A stretch of 63,289 nt of DNA, counting the filler, from Phoronis australis (lineage: Eukaryota > Animalia > Phoronida): the NCBI GenBank assembly GCA_002633005.1. It is 5 parts of 5 records of this genome, joined end to end, with 100 filler letters (N's around TTAATTAATTAA, not from the genome) between each part and the next. Parts side by side here need not be neighbours in the genome. Positions count along the whole stretch, not along the records: positions 1 to 19,975 come from NMRA01001049.1; 4 more parts are not named here. The stretch is one strand, 5' to 3'. The position numbers were made by a program, and so were the translations under genes. The notes beneath the pieces were generated by a model. The model made no database searches, was not told the DNA's origin, and saw nothing but the letters and a program-made list of their open reading frames with translations. Of the stretch, positions 1-10,919 are shown in pieces. Each line of letters starts with the position of its first letter. The first letter of the stretch is position 1.

Positions 1-1312
1 AAATATATTTATGTGAGCATATGGACTCGCCTTACTCCTTTTCCCCCTCATCTTGGTCTATTCCATTATTCCCTTGTGCAGGACTACACGACGTTTTTCC
101 AGCCTTCGCATTGGTCTGTTGTTATCACGTGCCTCGAGTTTGGTCAGCTCTTGGCTCTTATAGGCTGATGATTGTCACATGTCTTTAGGGGCGTTTTTCT
201 TTGTTATTGTAACCTCGCTTTCAATTCACTTTGTTCCGGCCACATTGTCGTACGTCAGAAACTCATTAAATTTTAATTTTACGCCTACAACTTCCTCAAT
301 TTCCCTTCCTTTTCAACTTTTAACGCTTCCTTCCTCCTGCGCCATCAAGACCCTCACGGTAAGCTCTCTCTCTTTTTTTTGTTTACTGTTCTCACCGCTT
401 CATATTCCTTGTCCTTGCCTGGGTAAGGTTCGTCTCCCCTGTCACCCCTTCCTCTTGGGTTCGATCCCCTCACTACCGTTTCATTTCCTCTCCCCCTTGT
501 TTTCATTACACTTGTGCCCCGACCCCTTTGCCCTCTGTGTCAGAGGCGCTTTGAGTCACCGTTTGCCTGCCGAGCACAGTGTGCTCGTGCTCCCACCCCC
601 TTTGTGCCCTCTTGTCTGAGGCGCTTCGGCACTATGTGCCTGACTAGCACTGTGTGCTCATTATGTCCCCGCCCCATTGTGCCCTCTTGCCACGGCGCTT
701 TTCGGCACTGTGTGCCGGTCTAGCACCGTGTGCTTTCCCCTCCACCCTTCCTTCCCTTATTATTATGTCTCTCCCCCTTTTGCCCCCTGTCGGAGGTACC
801 TTAGGTCCCCCCCTCATGTAACCGTTCATTTCAGTTTCCTTTTTAATTTTGCTAGCCGTCACTTTTGACCTGCGTCCCCTTTGGCCTTTCGGCCCATTCC
901 CTGTGGCCCCCTTGTCCGTACTCTTCGGTCCCTCTGCTCCCTGTTCTTTCTCTTTCAGATGCCTCGCCGATCATCTCGCTCCACCAACTCGCCGTACGCT
1001 CGCCCATCACCGGCTCCCCCGGCGACCGCAGCCACCACCTCTGGTACTCAGCCATTTCCCGATGTCTCCACCATCATGGCCTCTGTCATCACGCAACTAC
1101 GAGCGGACCCCTCACTACTGCTGCCATCCACTCCTGTGCCATCGCTCTCTTCTTCATCGACCACCGCCCCTGCACCAGCGCCTCAGCCTACTGCTGTCTC
1201 CGCCACCGGACTTGGACCGCTACCTCCTGCTTTACCTCACAGCCTGCAGCCGCTTTCCGGTAACGACCCTTTACCGTTAGGTTTCAATCTGGACGATAAG
1301 GTTCGTAATCAG
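1..1312 (+). mobile_element. 5' fragment of a DIRS/Ngaro-like tyrosine-recombinase retrotransposon (pyrimidine-rich leader plus start of ORF1/gag), 3'-truncated
   Basis: ATG at 959 opens MPRRSSRSTNSPYARP, then a Pro/Ser/Thr-rich stretch, then PLPLGFNLDDKVRNQ, resembling the 'PLG.H...K.K..IW..EYV' entry motif of DIRS/Ngaro ORF1. Composition changes abruptly at ~1312. No RT or recombinase is visible, so the family call is by motif memory. Confidence 0.5.
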
Positions 1313-1575
1313 CTTGCGACGCACGTATCATTGATCCGTTATCCGGGACATATGTCGATCATAAATTAAAACTACGAAATAAAGTCTGTATTGCATAAAA
1401 AAATAACCAGTCATGACAATTTGTAATCGAACGTTTTAAAATCAGTATCAGAATTCCGTTAAGCCTACAGGAATGACCCAAATCAGATAGAATATTCCGG
1501 ATTTGGACCGGATTCCCTATACTCTGGGCCGGAACAGTGACACGAAACGTCGAAGTACACACTGCAGATTTTTTG

Positions 1576-2395
1576 TAGCCAACCAGCTAGCTGTTTGAAG
1601 GCTATCGCCAAAATACAGCTAGGTAACACTGTGACTTGAGCTCTGTTAAACCATAGACCACAGACTGTTGTCTATCACGAAATTTCATAGGCCTACCTAC
1701 ACACCGGGTATGAGTTGGGTTAGTCAACTTGTCGTGAAACTTATGTCGCAGAGCCAAGAACCGACGACCGAGGTGCATGCAAAATCTGGGAGACAATTCG
1801 GACACTCACCTTGCCCGTTCAGTGCCAGTCGTTTAAAAGAAGAACAATCAAATAAACGTCATTTTCTAGAATTACTCTCGGCCTTTTGAGTTTTCAAACA
1901 AAGAAAGTCTGTTGTCTTTTTGAAACAGTACGCTCGTGAAACGCGCACGCGCCGTACTAAAATTTTGCGACTACTTTTGAGACACGATAACAGCTTCGCA
2001 GCAGTAAAGTTTGTTATAAATTCGGTTTGTTGGTCTTAAAAATGCTAACAACTTGTAACGAAATGAGACCAGTTCTGACAATTTGTTGTGACAGTACACA
2101 TCCTCGTGGCAATCAAGAACAGTTGATAGAAGAATAAACCGGGGGGGAAAAGAAACTGTTCAGGACAGGTGACGTAATCGCCAAACATCGACTCCCAAGA
2201 GCGCACTTCAATTTTATCAGTAGATGAGCTGTAGGCCTAGAACGATAATTCTTCCCACACCGGTAAATAATTTGGTTTACTCAAAGAGCGGTGCAGCTTT
2301 TAATGACACTATTTCTGCATCAGATTTTATTTAGTCCTTTTTACCCACATCGACGCGAAGCTGTAGATTTTGTATGCAGCTTTGCACCAAGCCTA
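1576..2395 (+). mobile_element. Non-autonomous DNA transposon family A (TAGCC...GGCTA-type termini, AcademH-like), diverged copy
   Basis: Colinear with 28518-29276 (e.g. AAAATCTGGGAG..ACACTCACCTTGCCCGTT; AAACAGTACGCTCGTG..ACGCGCACGCGCC). Starts TAGCCAACCAGCTAGCTGT and ends CAGCTTTGCACCAAGCCTA. Confidence 0.75.
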
Positions 2396-2720
2396 ACTAA
2401 ATCAGATCTTGCCGATCGGGAAAGTTTGTCGCCAGGCCTTGTCGTGGATACGGATCTATTCCACCACGGCACACGACGTGATCGGTAGGGAAGTTCTGCA
2501 AATGTATCCCATTGCCGCTGACATTGCTACACCCGCACACCACGAGAGGCATTTTAGCCCAGAGATCGACAATTGCAGAACGTCCAAGAAATGGCACTCA
2601 GCTGTTACCCAGTGTGGCTCCCCAGTAACTTCGTGGCCACGATGATGTCATATGAACCACTTTACGCTGATTGGTTGAGCTACCTTTTAAACAAACCCAC
2701 ACAGACAATCGTCTGACATT

Positions 2721-2738
2721 TGGGGGCCAGTCCGGGAG
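2721..2738 (+). promoter_or_regulatory. Primer-binding site, probably tRNA-Pro
   Basis: TGGGGGCCAGTCCGGGAG two nt after the LTR-end CA; close to the tRNA-Pro 3' complement TGGGGGCTCGTCCGGGAT. Confidence 0.75.
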
Positions 2739-2842
2739 AGTTAAAATAAAGGTTTACGTGGTTGTGTTGAAATGTTTTGAATTCAGTAATTACCGTTTGA
2801 ATATTAATTAGTGCATTCTGGGAATAATACCCTTCCTCTAAA

Positions 2843-3688
2843 ATGGATTTTGAAAAGTATATTACGCAAGCGAAACAATTCGGTTATACCGGTGAAGAGT
2901 TAAGGAAGTGCGCAGAGGAGCTCTTGCGGCAGGCCTTGGAGCGTGAAGAACGTGCTCATCAACGAGAGCTAGAGCAAGCCGAGTATGAACATAAGCTCGA
3001 ACAAGAACGAGCCGAGCGGGCCCAAGCTATTGAGATTGAGAAGCAGAAGACATTGCAACTCCAGATTGAGCTCAAAGCGACACCTAGTGGTGGGGCTTCA
3101 AGCAGTGGTGTACGTACCAGTCGTCCCAAACTGCCAAGGTTCGACGAGCGCGTCGACGACATGGATGCCTTCCTAGCCAGGTTTGAGACGTTCGCTACAA
3201 GCCAGAAATGGGATAAATCTGAGTGGGCTGTGGACTTGAGTCCATTGTTGACTGGTAAAGGTCTACAGGTGTTCAACAACATGCCATCTGACCAAATTAA
3301 CAACTATGACCAACTAAAGGTGGCGCTACTGCACAGGTATGAATTAACCGAAGATGGGTTCCGACGAAAGTTTAGAGAGTCCAAGCCTGAAAAGGGTGAA
3401 AACGTGTTCCAATTCGGGGTAAGACTGAAAAGGTTCTTTGACCGATGGACACAACTGGCGGAGGTCGAGGCGACTTATGATGGACTCAGAGACTTACTGA
3501 TCCGAGAACAGTTTCTGGGAGTATGCCATCCTGAGATGTCCGTATTCCTGAGGGAACGGAAACCGAAGACCTTCGACGAGATGTCGGCCATTGCTCAACA
3601 GTACATGGACGCCCACTGTACTGGTTTGTTGGGCAAAGGGTTCGCAAAGAAAGACTTGGGAGGACAGAGACTCCTCGTTCGTCAATGA
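2843..3688 (+). CDS. gag: Gypsy Gag (N-terminal coiled coil, capsid with SCAN-like C-terminal domain)
   Basis: PKLPRFDE..DDMDAFLARFE..A...W...W, LTGK, YRRKFR-like FRRKFRESKP, and LLIREQFL...VFLRERKPKT...IAQQY (SCAN-like). Confidence 0.9.
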   Translation: MDFEKYITQAKQFGYTGEELRKCAEELLRQALEREERAHQRELEQAEYEHKLEQERAERAQAIEIEKQKTLQLQIELKATPSGGASSSGVRTSRPKLPRFDERVDDMDAFLARFETFATSQKWDKSEWAVDLSPLLTGKGLQVFNNMPSDQINNYDQLKVALLHRYELTEDGFRRKFRESKPEKGENVFQFGVRLKRFFDRWTQLAEVEATYDGLRDLLIREQFLGVCHPEMSVFLRERKPKTFDEMSAIAQQYMDAHCTGLLGKGFAKKDLGGQRLLVRQ

Positions 3689-6600
3689 CCAGATACAATG
3701 GTGACAAAGAGTGTTTCAATTGTCATCGGAAAGGTCATTTAGCAAGGGACTGTGGAATGAAAGACTTCCAGTCCAAAAGATTCGCTGCAGGTAAGCAATT
3801 GTCTGCCTCGCAGCAGGAACGGGTCAAGACAGAAGACACCAAGAAGTCGGTGATGTGTCAAGCTGTTGTAGCAAAGGGTAGTCCAATAGAGCAGCACATA
3901 GTTGATGGCTGTCTGAAATTAGTCGATGGGACATCAATACCCGTAGAGACAGGGACCTGTGACAAGCACAGAGAGCCTCCTGCTGACCACAACATGCCCG
4001 TTTGTGACAGTTACGTCAATGAAACAAAAGTACGCATGATGCGTGACACCGGATGCAGTAGTGCAGCGGTGAAGACATCCCTAGTCAAAGAAAGTCAACT
4101 GACGGGGAAACAACACATCTGTGTGTTAATAGATGGGACAGCACGATCCTTCTCCATAGCGAAGATTGAGGTAGACACTCCTTACTTCGTTGGTCAAATC
4201 GAGGCGATGTGTATGCAAACACCAATATACGACCTCATCATAGGGAATGCTGTTGGCGTCAGCAAGGATCCTGATCACAATTGGCAGCCACAAGGCAGTG
4301 TCATGTCCGCAGTCACTACTAGAGCACAGGCTAAGAAGAGAGAGAAACCTATTAAGCCTTTGGCGGTGACTCACTCCGGAGTGGAAAGTCTCGACGTCAG
4401 CAAATTGAAGGACGAGCAACAACATGATCCTTCCCTACGTAAGCTCATGGAACTTTTTGAGAAAGACAAACCAGCAAGAACACGTGGTAGAGGTCAATAC
4501 TGGTATGAGAAGCAGAAGGGGGTCCTGTACCGAGTGTATGCTGATAACACCAAAGAGTTGCATCAGATAGTTGTCCCTGTCAAATATCGACAACAGGTTA
4601 TGACGCTAGCTCACGAGTCAATCGTAGGTGGGCACCTTGGTGTGAAGAAGACCAGTGATAGAATAGCCAGTAGATTTTATTGGCCAGGAGTTGGCAGTGA
4701 CATAAATCGTTTCTGCAGATCGTGCGATATCTGCCAGCGAACAACTCCTAAGGGCAGGATCTCTAAAGTGCCATTGGGTGAGATGCCACTTATGGAAGAA
4801 CCGTTCCAGCGTATCGCTGTTGATTTGATTGGTCCTGTGTCGCCGATCACAGACAGAGGCAACCGGTACATTCTCACCATCGTAGACTATGCCACACGAT
4901 ATCCAGAGGCAGTCCCTCTACCAAGAATAGAAGCTGAGCGAGTCGCAGAAGCACTATTTGAAACCTTCTGTAGAATTGGCTTTCCACGAGAGGTGCTTAG
5001 TGACTGTGGGACACAGTTTACCTCAGAAGTTCTGAAGGAAGTTGCACGGTTGATATCCATGAAGCAACTGTTCACCACTCCGTACAATCCGAAATGCAAT
5101 GGATTGTGTGAGCGTATTAACGGTATATTGAAGAGTATGCTTAAGAAAATGTGCCAAGAGCGTCCACAAGACTGGGACCGGTACTTACCAGCAGTACTGT
5201 TCGCCTACCGAGAGGTGCCTCAAGTGAGCACAGGTTTCTCGCCATTTGAACTGTTGTATGGTAGAACCGTGCGAGGGCCCATGCAGGTGCTTAAAGAGTT
5301 GTGGACTGGCAATGAAACACCAGACGTACGGAATACTTATGAGTATGTCCTTGACTTGCGACATCGTCTGGAAGAGACATGTGAATTGGTGCGGGAAAAC
5401 TTACGAAATGCTGGTGAAGCATACAAGCACCATTACGACAAAAAGACACGAGATCGTCGCTTCAAAGTAGGAGACCAAGTCTTAATATTGTTACCAACTG
5501 ACAGTAACAAGCTGCTACTGCAGTGGAGGGGTCCCTATGAAGTGACCGAGGTACTCAACAAAATGGATTATCGAGTAAGGGTTGGTGGAAAGACCAAGAC
5601 ATACCATGCCAACCTCTTGAAACTCTATATATCTCGTGACCAAAGTGCGGCTGCAAGTAAGGATGATGCAGATCAGAATTCTGACATCGTGGCCATAGCT
5701 GTACTGCAGCCTGAAATGGATAATGAAGTTGGTGTTGTCGATGATGAACATCTACTAGAGCTGGAATCGAAAAACCAAAAAGAAACGTACAAAGATGTCA
5801 AGATATCAGACGAGCTCACTACTAGCCAACAAAGGGAGGTGATAAGTCTGTTAGAAGAGTACTCTGACATCTTTAGTGAAGTACCAGGTACGACCCATCT
5901 GGTTGAGCACAAGATTGAGACCATCAGTGAAGAACCGGTGAGAGTCAAGCCGTATCCCCTGCCATATGCCACACGGTCGGTTGTGCAGGAGGAAGTTGAC
6001 AACATGTTAAAGTGTGGAGTCATAGAACCATCTGATGCTCCCTATAACTCTCCGGTGGTCTTAGTGAAGAAGAAGGATGGTTCAAATCGATTCTGCATCG
6101 ATTTTCGTCGTTTGAACGCCATTACTAAGTTCGACTCGGAACCGATGGGCAATCCTGATGACATCATGGCTAAGATCAGTAAAGACCAGTATTTTACAAA
6201 GATTGATCTGAGTAAAGGATACTGGCAAGTCATTGTCACCGAAGAATCACAGCCTAAGACCTCGTTCGTAGTACCAAGTGGTTGCTACAAGTTCGTAAAG
6301 ATGCCATTTGGTCTGGTAAATTCGGCAGCGACCTTCAACCGCATGATGAGGAAGATGTTGGCAGGAGCACATAATACAGAACATTATGTGGATGACATTC
6401 TGTGCCATAATAGGACCTGGACTGAACACCTTGCCACCTTGCGAGACACCTTCCAACGTGTGCGAGAAGCTGGACTAACAATTCGACCTACCAAGTGTTC
6501 GGTTGGATCTCGTTCCGTCGATTTCGTTGGACATGTGGTCGGTGAAGGGCACCTGGCAATGGATGAAGAAAAGCTGGGACGCATCCGAGATGCACCACAA

Positions 6601-6885
6601 CCCAGAACGAAGAAACAAGTTCGTTCTTTTCTTGGGTTGGCTGGCTACTACAGGAAGTTCATCCCAAACTTCGGTGAAATCGCCGTCTCACTTACTGAGC
6701 TCACTAAGAAGAAACAGCCTAACACCATGCAATGGGAAGAAGCTCAGCAGCATGCATTCGACACTCTTCGAGACCTGCTGACGAGAGCACCCATACTGAG
6801 ATTACCTGATTTCAGTAAACCTTTTATTGTTCAGACTGATGCGTCAGATACTGGTATAGGCTGTATTTTGTTGTATTTTGTATGA
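3685..6885 (+). CDS. pol: Gypsy polyprotein: CCHC zinc knuckle, aspartic protease, integrase (H2C2, DDE, GPY/F), reverse transcriptase, start of RNase H
   Basis: CFNCHRKGHLARDC; RDTGC; H..GGHLG..CRSCDICQ; IAVDLIGP/SDCGTQF/NGLCERIN; WRGPYEV; PVVLVKKKDGSNRFCIDFRRLN; MPFGL; YVDD; QTDASDTGIG. Confidence 0.95.
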   Translation: MTRYNGDKECFNCHRKGHLARDCGMKDFQSKRFAAGKQLSASQQERVKTEDTKKSVMCQAVVAKGSPIEQHIVDGCLKLVDGTSIPVETGTCDKHREPPADHNMPVCDSYVNETKVRMMRDTGCSSAAVKTSLVKESQLTGKQHICVLIDGTARSFSIAKIEVDTPYFVGQIEAMCMQTPIYDLIIGNAVGVSKDPDHNWQPQGSVMSAVTTRAQAKKREKPIKPLAVTHSGVESLDVSKLKDEQQHDPSLRKLMELFEKDKPARTRGRGQYWYEKQKGVLYRVYADNTKELHQIVVPVKYRQQVMTLAHESIVGGHLGVKKTSDRIASRFYWPGVGSDINRFCRSCDICQRTTPKGRISKVPLGEMPLMEEPFQRIAVDLIGPVSPITDRGNRYILTIVDYATRYPEAVPLPRIEAERVAEALFETFCRIGFPREVLSDCGTQFTSEVLKEVARLISMKQLFTTPYNPKCNGLCERINGILKSMLKKMCQERPQDWDRYLPAVLFAYREVPQVSTGFSPFELLYGRTVRGPMQVLKELWTGNETPDVRNTYEYVLDLRHRLEETCELVRENLRNAGEAYKHHYDKKTRDRRFKVGDQVLILLPTDSNKLLLQWRGPYEVTEVLNKMDYRVRVGGKTKTYHANLLKLYISRDQSAAASKDDADQNSDIVAIAVLQPEMDNEVGVVDDEHLLELESKNQKETYKDVKISDELTTSQQREVISLLEEYSDIFSEVPGTTHLVEHKIETISEEPVRVKPYPLPYATRSVVQEEVDNMLKCGVIEPSDAPYNSPVVLVKKKDGSNRFCIDFRRLNAITKFDSEPMGNPDDIMAKISKDQYFTKIDLSKGYWQVIVTEESQPKTSFVVPSGCYKFVKMPFGLVNSAATFNRMMRKMLAGAHNTEHYVDDILCHNRTWTEHLATLRDTFQRVREAGLTIRPTKCSVGSRSVDFVGHVVGEGHLAMDEEKLGRIRDAPQPRTKKQVRSFLGLAGYYRKFIPNFGEIAVSLTELTKKKQPNTMQWEEAQQHAFDTLRDLLTRAPILRLPDFSKPFIVQTDASDTGIGCILLYFV

Positions 6886-7189
6886 TGATGGCAGGTTCCC
6901 AGTAGCATGTGCTAGTAAGAAATTGTTACCTCGGGAACGGAATTACTCTGTCATAGAGAGGGAATGTTTGGCTATTGTATTTGCCATTAGAAAATTTGCG
7001 AAGTACTTGTATGGTAAAGAATTTATCATTCATACTGACCATCAACCCCTGGCTTACATTCAAAAAAGTAAGTTAGTCAATGGACGCATCATGAGGTGGG
7101 CCTTGTTTTTGCAAAATTATCGATTTAAGGTTGAAGCTATCAAAGGCTCAGAGAATGTTGGTGCCGATTACCTGAGTAGGTTAGAGTAA
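6878..7189 (+). pseudogene. Frameshifted RNase H C-terminus of the Gmr1-like pol
   Basis: PVACASKKLLPRERNYSVIERECLAIVFA...IHTDHQPL...RWALFLQ.Y.F.VEAIKGSENVGADYLSR, out of frame with 3685-6885. The break sits at a TGTATTTTG duplication (~6862-6880). Confidence 0.9.
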
Positions 7190-7293
7190 TGAAGATTCAT
7201 GGAAATTGGGTAATAGATCTAAGTGTTAATCAATATTTAAGTCTTCCATGTTGAGAAAATCTTAAGAAGTATTTTCTTGAGGAGGGGCTTATT

Positions 7294-8186
7294 TGTCAGA
7301 ATAAATATTGATTAAGTAATTAGTAAGAATAGATCCATTTTAAGTTGCCCAAAATTTGTGCATATGTACTTTTAAATCATGGGGTCAGACTTGTTGACAT
7401 GTATTTTAACGTCAAAATCTATTTTTAGATGGTGTTTACAACTTTGGGTTCTGGGGTCAAAGTACTCTAGAGATTCTAGAATATTCTGAGAACAAATTGT
7501 AACAGCCAATAATACGAGTGGATATGATCATGTGGTTTTTATTAGCCAATCACTAAATAAGTAGAATGTTATATTATGGGCTGAAATCAGCAAGATAATC
7601 AGATGCGCTAAAGTAGTTGAAGCATAAAGACTTGCTACAGTGTACAGAAGCAGTTGTACGACAGAGCCATCTCGTGGAAGATTCTAGAAAGGATCTTGGC
7701 AAGGGCAAGGGTTAACAAACCGGAAGTTAACTAAGAGCTTGTCACTTGCATTGTGGGTAGTAAGATACTACCTGAAGTGTTGCGTCATCAGCCAGAGACT
7801 GACCAGCAAGAAGATTCGCGGGTAGAAGAAATTGCCTGCAAGTGTTGCATCACCAGAGACGATGACCAGCAAGTACACTGTCGCTATACAGTGTGTGTAG
7901 TTCGAAGATTCGCCAACAGGACAGACATCCAACAAGTGGAGAGTCCTAGCTTGGATAGCAGATAAGACATTTGATCGTTCGGTTGTTTGATTAAAGTAAT
8001 CTTTAAAGAGGGCGCTAGCGTAGTTTCTCTTTGTAGTTGATTACTTAATTAACAATAGGTTTCATTTGTCTAATTAGGGGTTATATAATAAATTAATTAC
8101 TGGATTTGATTATTCACTCTCCATCTATGCACAACTTCAAAGCATAGCTACCTTTTAAATAAACCCACACAGACAATCGTCTGACA
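7294..8186 (+). repeat. 3' LTR (893 bp) of the Gmr1-like element
   Basis: TGTCAGA...TCTGACA inverted termini, directly after the polypurine tract; last 41 bp match 2678-2718. Confidence 0.9.
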
Positions 8187-9106
8187 AATAGGTTAAGTTG
8201 AATTCATGAGTAAAAATTTAGTTTCGACTCAACTAATTACCTGAAGTCCTTAAGTTCTCAAAATAATGTCCCTAACATTTTTAAGTTTCCGTGGAGTCGG
8301 AATTTACTCCGTATTACATGTAAGTCCATATCTGCGCTAGATCGTTTTGTGAAACTCGAGAAAATCTCAGGACGAACACACATGTTGTTGTCACGTGTTA
8401 TTTATTTGAAGTTCCTCTGCGTGTGTGAGTAAACGAGCACGTGCGTGTCATCAGAGTTCATTTGCCAGAGTGAACACGATGTAACGATCGGGAGATTCGG
8501 GGGTGTAAGGGTGCGGAACTTTTCACTATCAGTTTGTAATTTTAACTTTAAAAACTTTCAGGAATGGATAGTTCCCGAAGACTAATATTCGATGACAGGT
8601 ACTTGTATGTAGCGCTCGCTTCTTGGCTACGTGCTTCTCGAACTAAGTCATTTTTTTATTAGTCTTCGACTCACGGTTTTCACATAATATACAGAAAATT
8701 TGGATTCCTGTTGAGAGACAAGATCTGTGCGGGAAATACTGTGATACCACAATCCCGTTGACAAGTACACTCTGAAATGCCAGACCATAATTGAACACAT
8801 TCCTCGCAAGATCAGCAAAACTTGCGTTCTTTTTAAAGCACGGCGGAAGTTTGGAGTGTATATTCACGGCTAATACCGACATGGCGAGGCTCGTGGTGTA
8901 CAAATTTCGCACACAATGATTTTTTTCAAGACTGTCCGTTCTTATTGATAAATTAAAGACGTTACTATACAATTTTAACTGTATAGGTAAGGCATTTTCT
9001 CAAGTACGGCGACGTTCATGCACTGGGCGCTTATTTTAGCAGTCAGAAAACGCTAAGGGGCGGGGCGCTTATAGGGGCATGGGGGCTTATTAGGGCGATT
9101 TCGGTA
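8187..9106 (+). mobile_element. 5'-truncated copy of pogo/mariner-like non-autonomous family B
   Basis: Colinear with ~9677-10881; ends GGGCGATTTCGG-TA; begins exactly at the Gypsy LTR end. Confidence 0.8.
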
Positions 9107-9420
9107 ATTAATCTCTCCAACACATGAAGCTTGCACTTGCACACTTCTGCACTGTTGCCACGTGAGAATTAGTAGCAATCTAAGTGGAGCGCTGCATGGT
9201 CACTTGTCATCTGCGCACTACAGTCGGTTGTCAATGGGCATGAAAATAGTTCTCATTCAATTCCATAAAATGTGAAATAAGTAACCGTTTCTTGGCCTTT
9301 GAAAGGAGTTTGTATGGCTATTTTAAAGTCCGGGAGTTGCACTTTCCATGGACTGAAGCTACTCAAAATGGCAGTAATGCAGCATTCATCTGACAATAGC
9401 CTATGTGGTTAGATGATCTA

Positions 9421-10879
9421 CCGTATTCGCCCCAATAAGCACCAAGGTTGCTTAGAAATATTCGCTTCAGGAAGGGGGGCGCCTATTACAGCCCAAAGTG
9501 GTTGAAACGCTGTATCTGAAACAGATGAAATGGTAAGCTAGAATTCATCAAGTCTATGACAGTTTCTACAAAATTGTAGTGCATCGCTGTCAAACTTTGT
9601 TGTTAATTATGAGCATTTTTCAGAAAATCCCAGTACAATTACTCGCCGACTGATGCGTCACTGCCTTGCGAACGCCAATAGGTCAACTTGAATTCTTGAG
9701 TAAAAATATAGTTTCCGACTCAACAAATTACCTGAAGTCTGCCTTAAGTTTTCGAAATAGCGTCCCTAAGATTTTTAAGTTCCTGTGGAGTCGGGATTAA
9801 CTGTATATTAACTCCAAATCTGTGCTAGATCGTACCTCGCAACACGAGAAAAATCTCTGGACGAACACATGTTGTTGTCAGGTGATATTTCTTTTGAAGT
9901 TCGTCTGTGTATTATGTGAGTGAACGAGCACGTGTGTCATCAGAGTTAATTTGCCAGAGTAAACGCGATGTATTGATCTAGGTGTGCAACTAAAAAGATT
10001 AACACAAGCAAAAATTAAGCAGAACATGTTTTATTTAGCACTTGTTGATTTCATCTGCTAAAACGTTCGAGGATTGTCTCGGTACAGGCCGATATTGAGT
10101 TGCCGGCGAGGCGACTGGATGCGTGACAGTCTCACCGTTATTTTCCGGGAGATTCGGTCGGTGTAAGGATTCGGAAGTGTTCACTATCAGTGGGTCATTT
10201 TGACTTTAAGAACACCGATTACGATTAATTTAACAATTCCTCCTAAAAATAACGCAAATGTTTTTATGGTATTAGAAACTTTTGGAAATAAGTGTCAGTA
10301 TTTATTTCTTGCCGATGCTATGTTACTCGTTTAATGAATGGATAGTTCCTGAAGACTTTCTTCGATGACAGGTACTTGTATATGGCGCACGCTTCCTGAC
10401 CACGTGCTTTTAACGAAGGTCAAGTTTTTATTAGCCAGGTCTTCGAGTCGCGGTTTTCATGTATACAAAGAAATTTGGATTCGTGTTGATGGAGAAGATC
10501 TGTACGGGAAAAATACATTATGCAATCCCTTTGACAAGTATGCTCAGTGCGTCTGTTCTGAAAGGCCAGACCATGATAGGACACGTCCCTTTCAAGATCA
10601 GCAAAACTTTTGCATTCAATTTTGAAGCACGACGGATATTTGAAGTTTATAGTCATGGCTAACTACCTACATAACGGCGAGGCTCGTGGTCTTTCCGCGC
10701 ACAATGATATTTTCAGGACTGTCGGATCTTACTGATAAATTGAAGATGGTATTGTAGAATTGTATAACTGTAGGTAAGGCATTTTTCGCATGTACACGGC
10801 TTTCATGGACTGGGCGCTTATTTTAGCAAAGTCTGCGTGGGGGCGCTTATAGGGGCATGGGCACTTGGGGGGAATACGG
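9421..10879 (+). mobile_element. Full-length non-autonomous Tc1/mariner (pogo-like) element, family B, TA TSD, carrying a decayed HIRAN-like coding remnant
   Basis: TA|CCGTATTC...GAATACGG|TA termini with subterminal GGGCGCTTAT/ATAAGCACC repeats. An empty-site paralogue at ~13780-13805 (GATAGTCTACCCAATT) joins the two flanks at one TA. Confidence 0.85.
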
Positions 10880-10919
10880 TACCCAATTCCATTTGCTGTC
10901 ATCTCTACCACTTCGTTCG

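Larger units (their letters stand above)
2678..8186 (+). mobile_element. Gmr1-like Ty3/Gypsy LTR retrotransposon, 5' LTR truncated to 41 bp, two frameshifts
   Basis: 5' LTR remnant 2678-2718 matches the end of the 3' LTR (1 mismatch). PBS at 2721. gag-pol has domain order PR-INT-RT-RH. PPT GAGGAGGGG at ~7279-7287. 3' LTR 7294-8186. Confidence 0.95.

Noticed and set aside
179-868. Several overlapping ORFs in the pyrimidine-rich leader
   Set aside because: Low-complexity, A-poor sequence lacks stop codons by composition; no domain signal.
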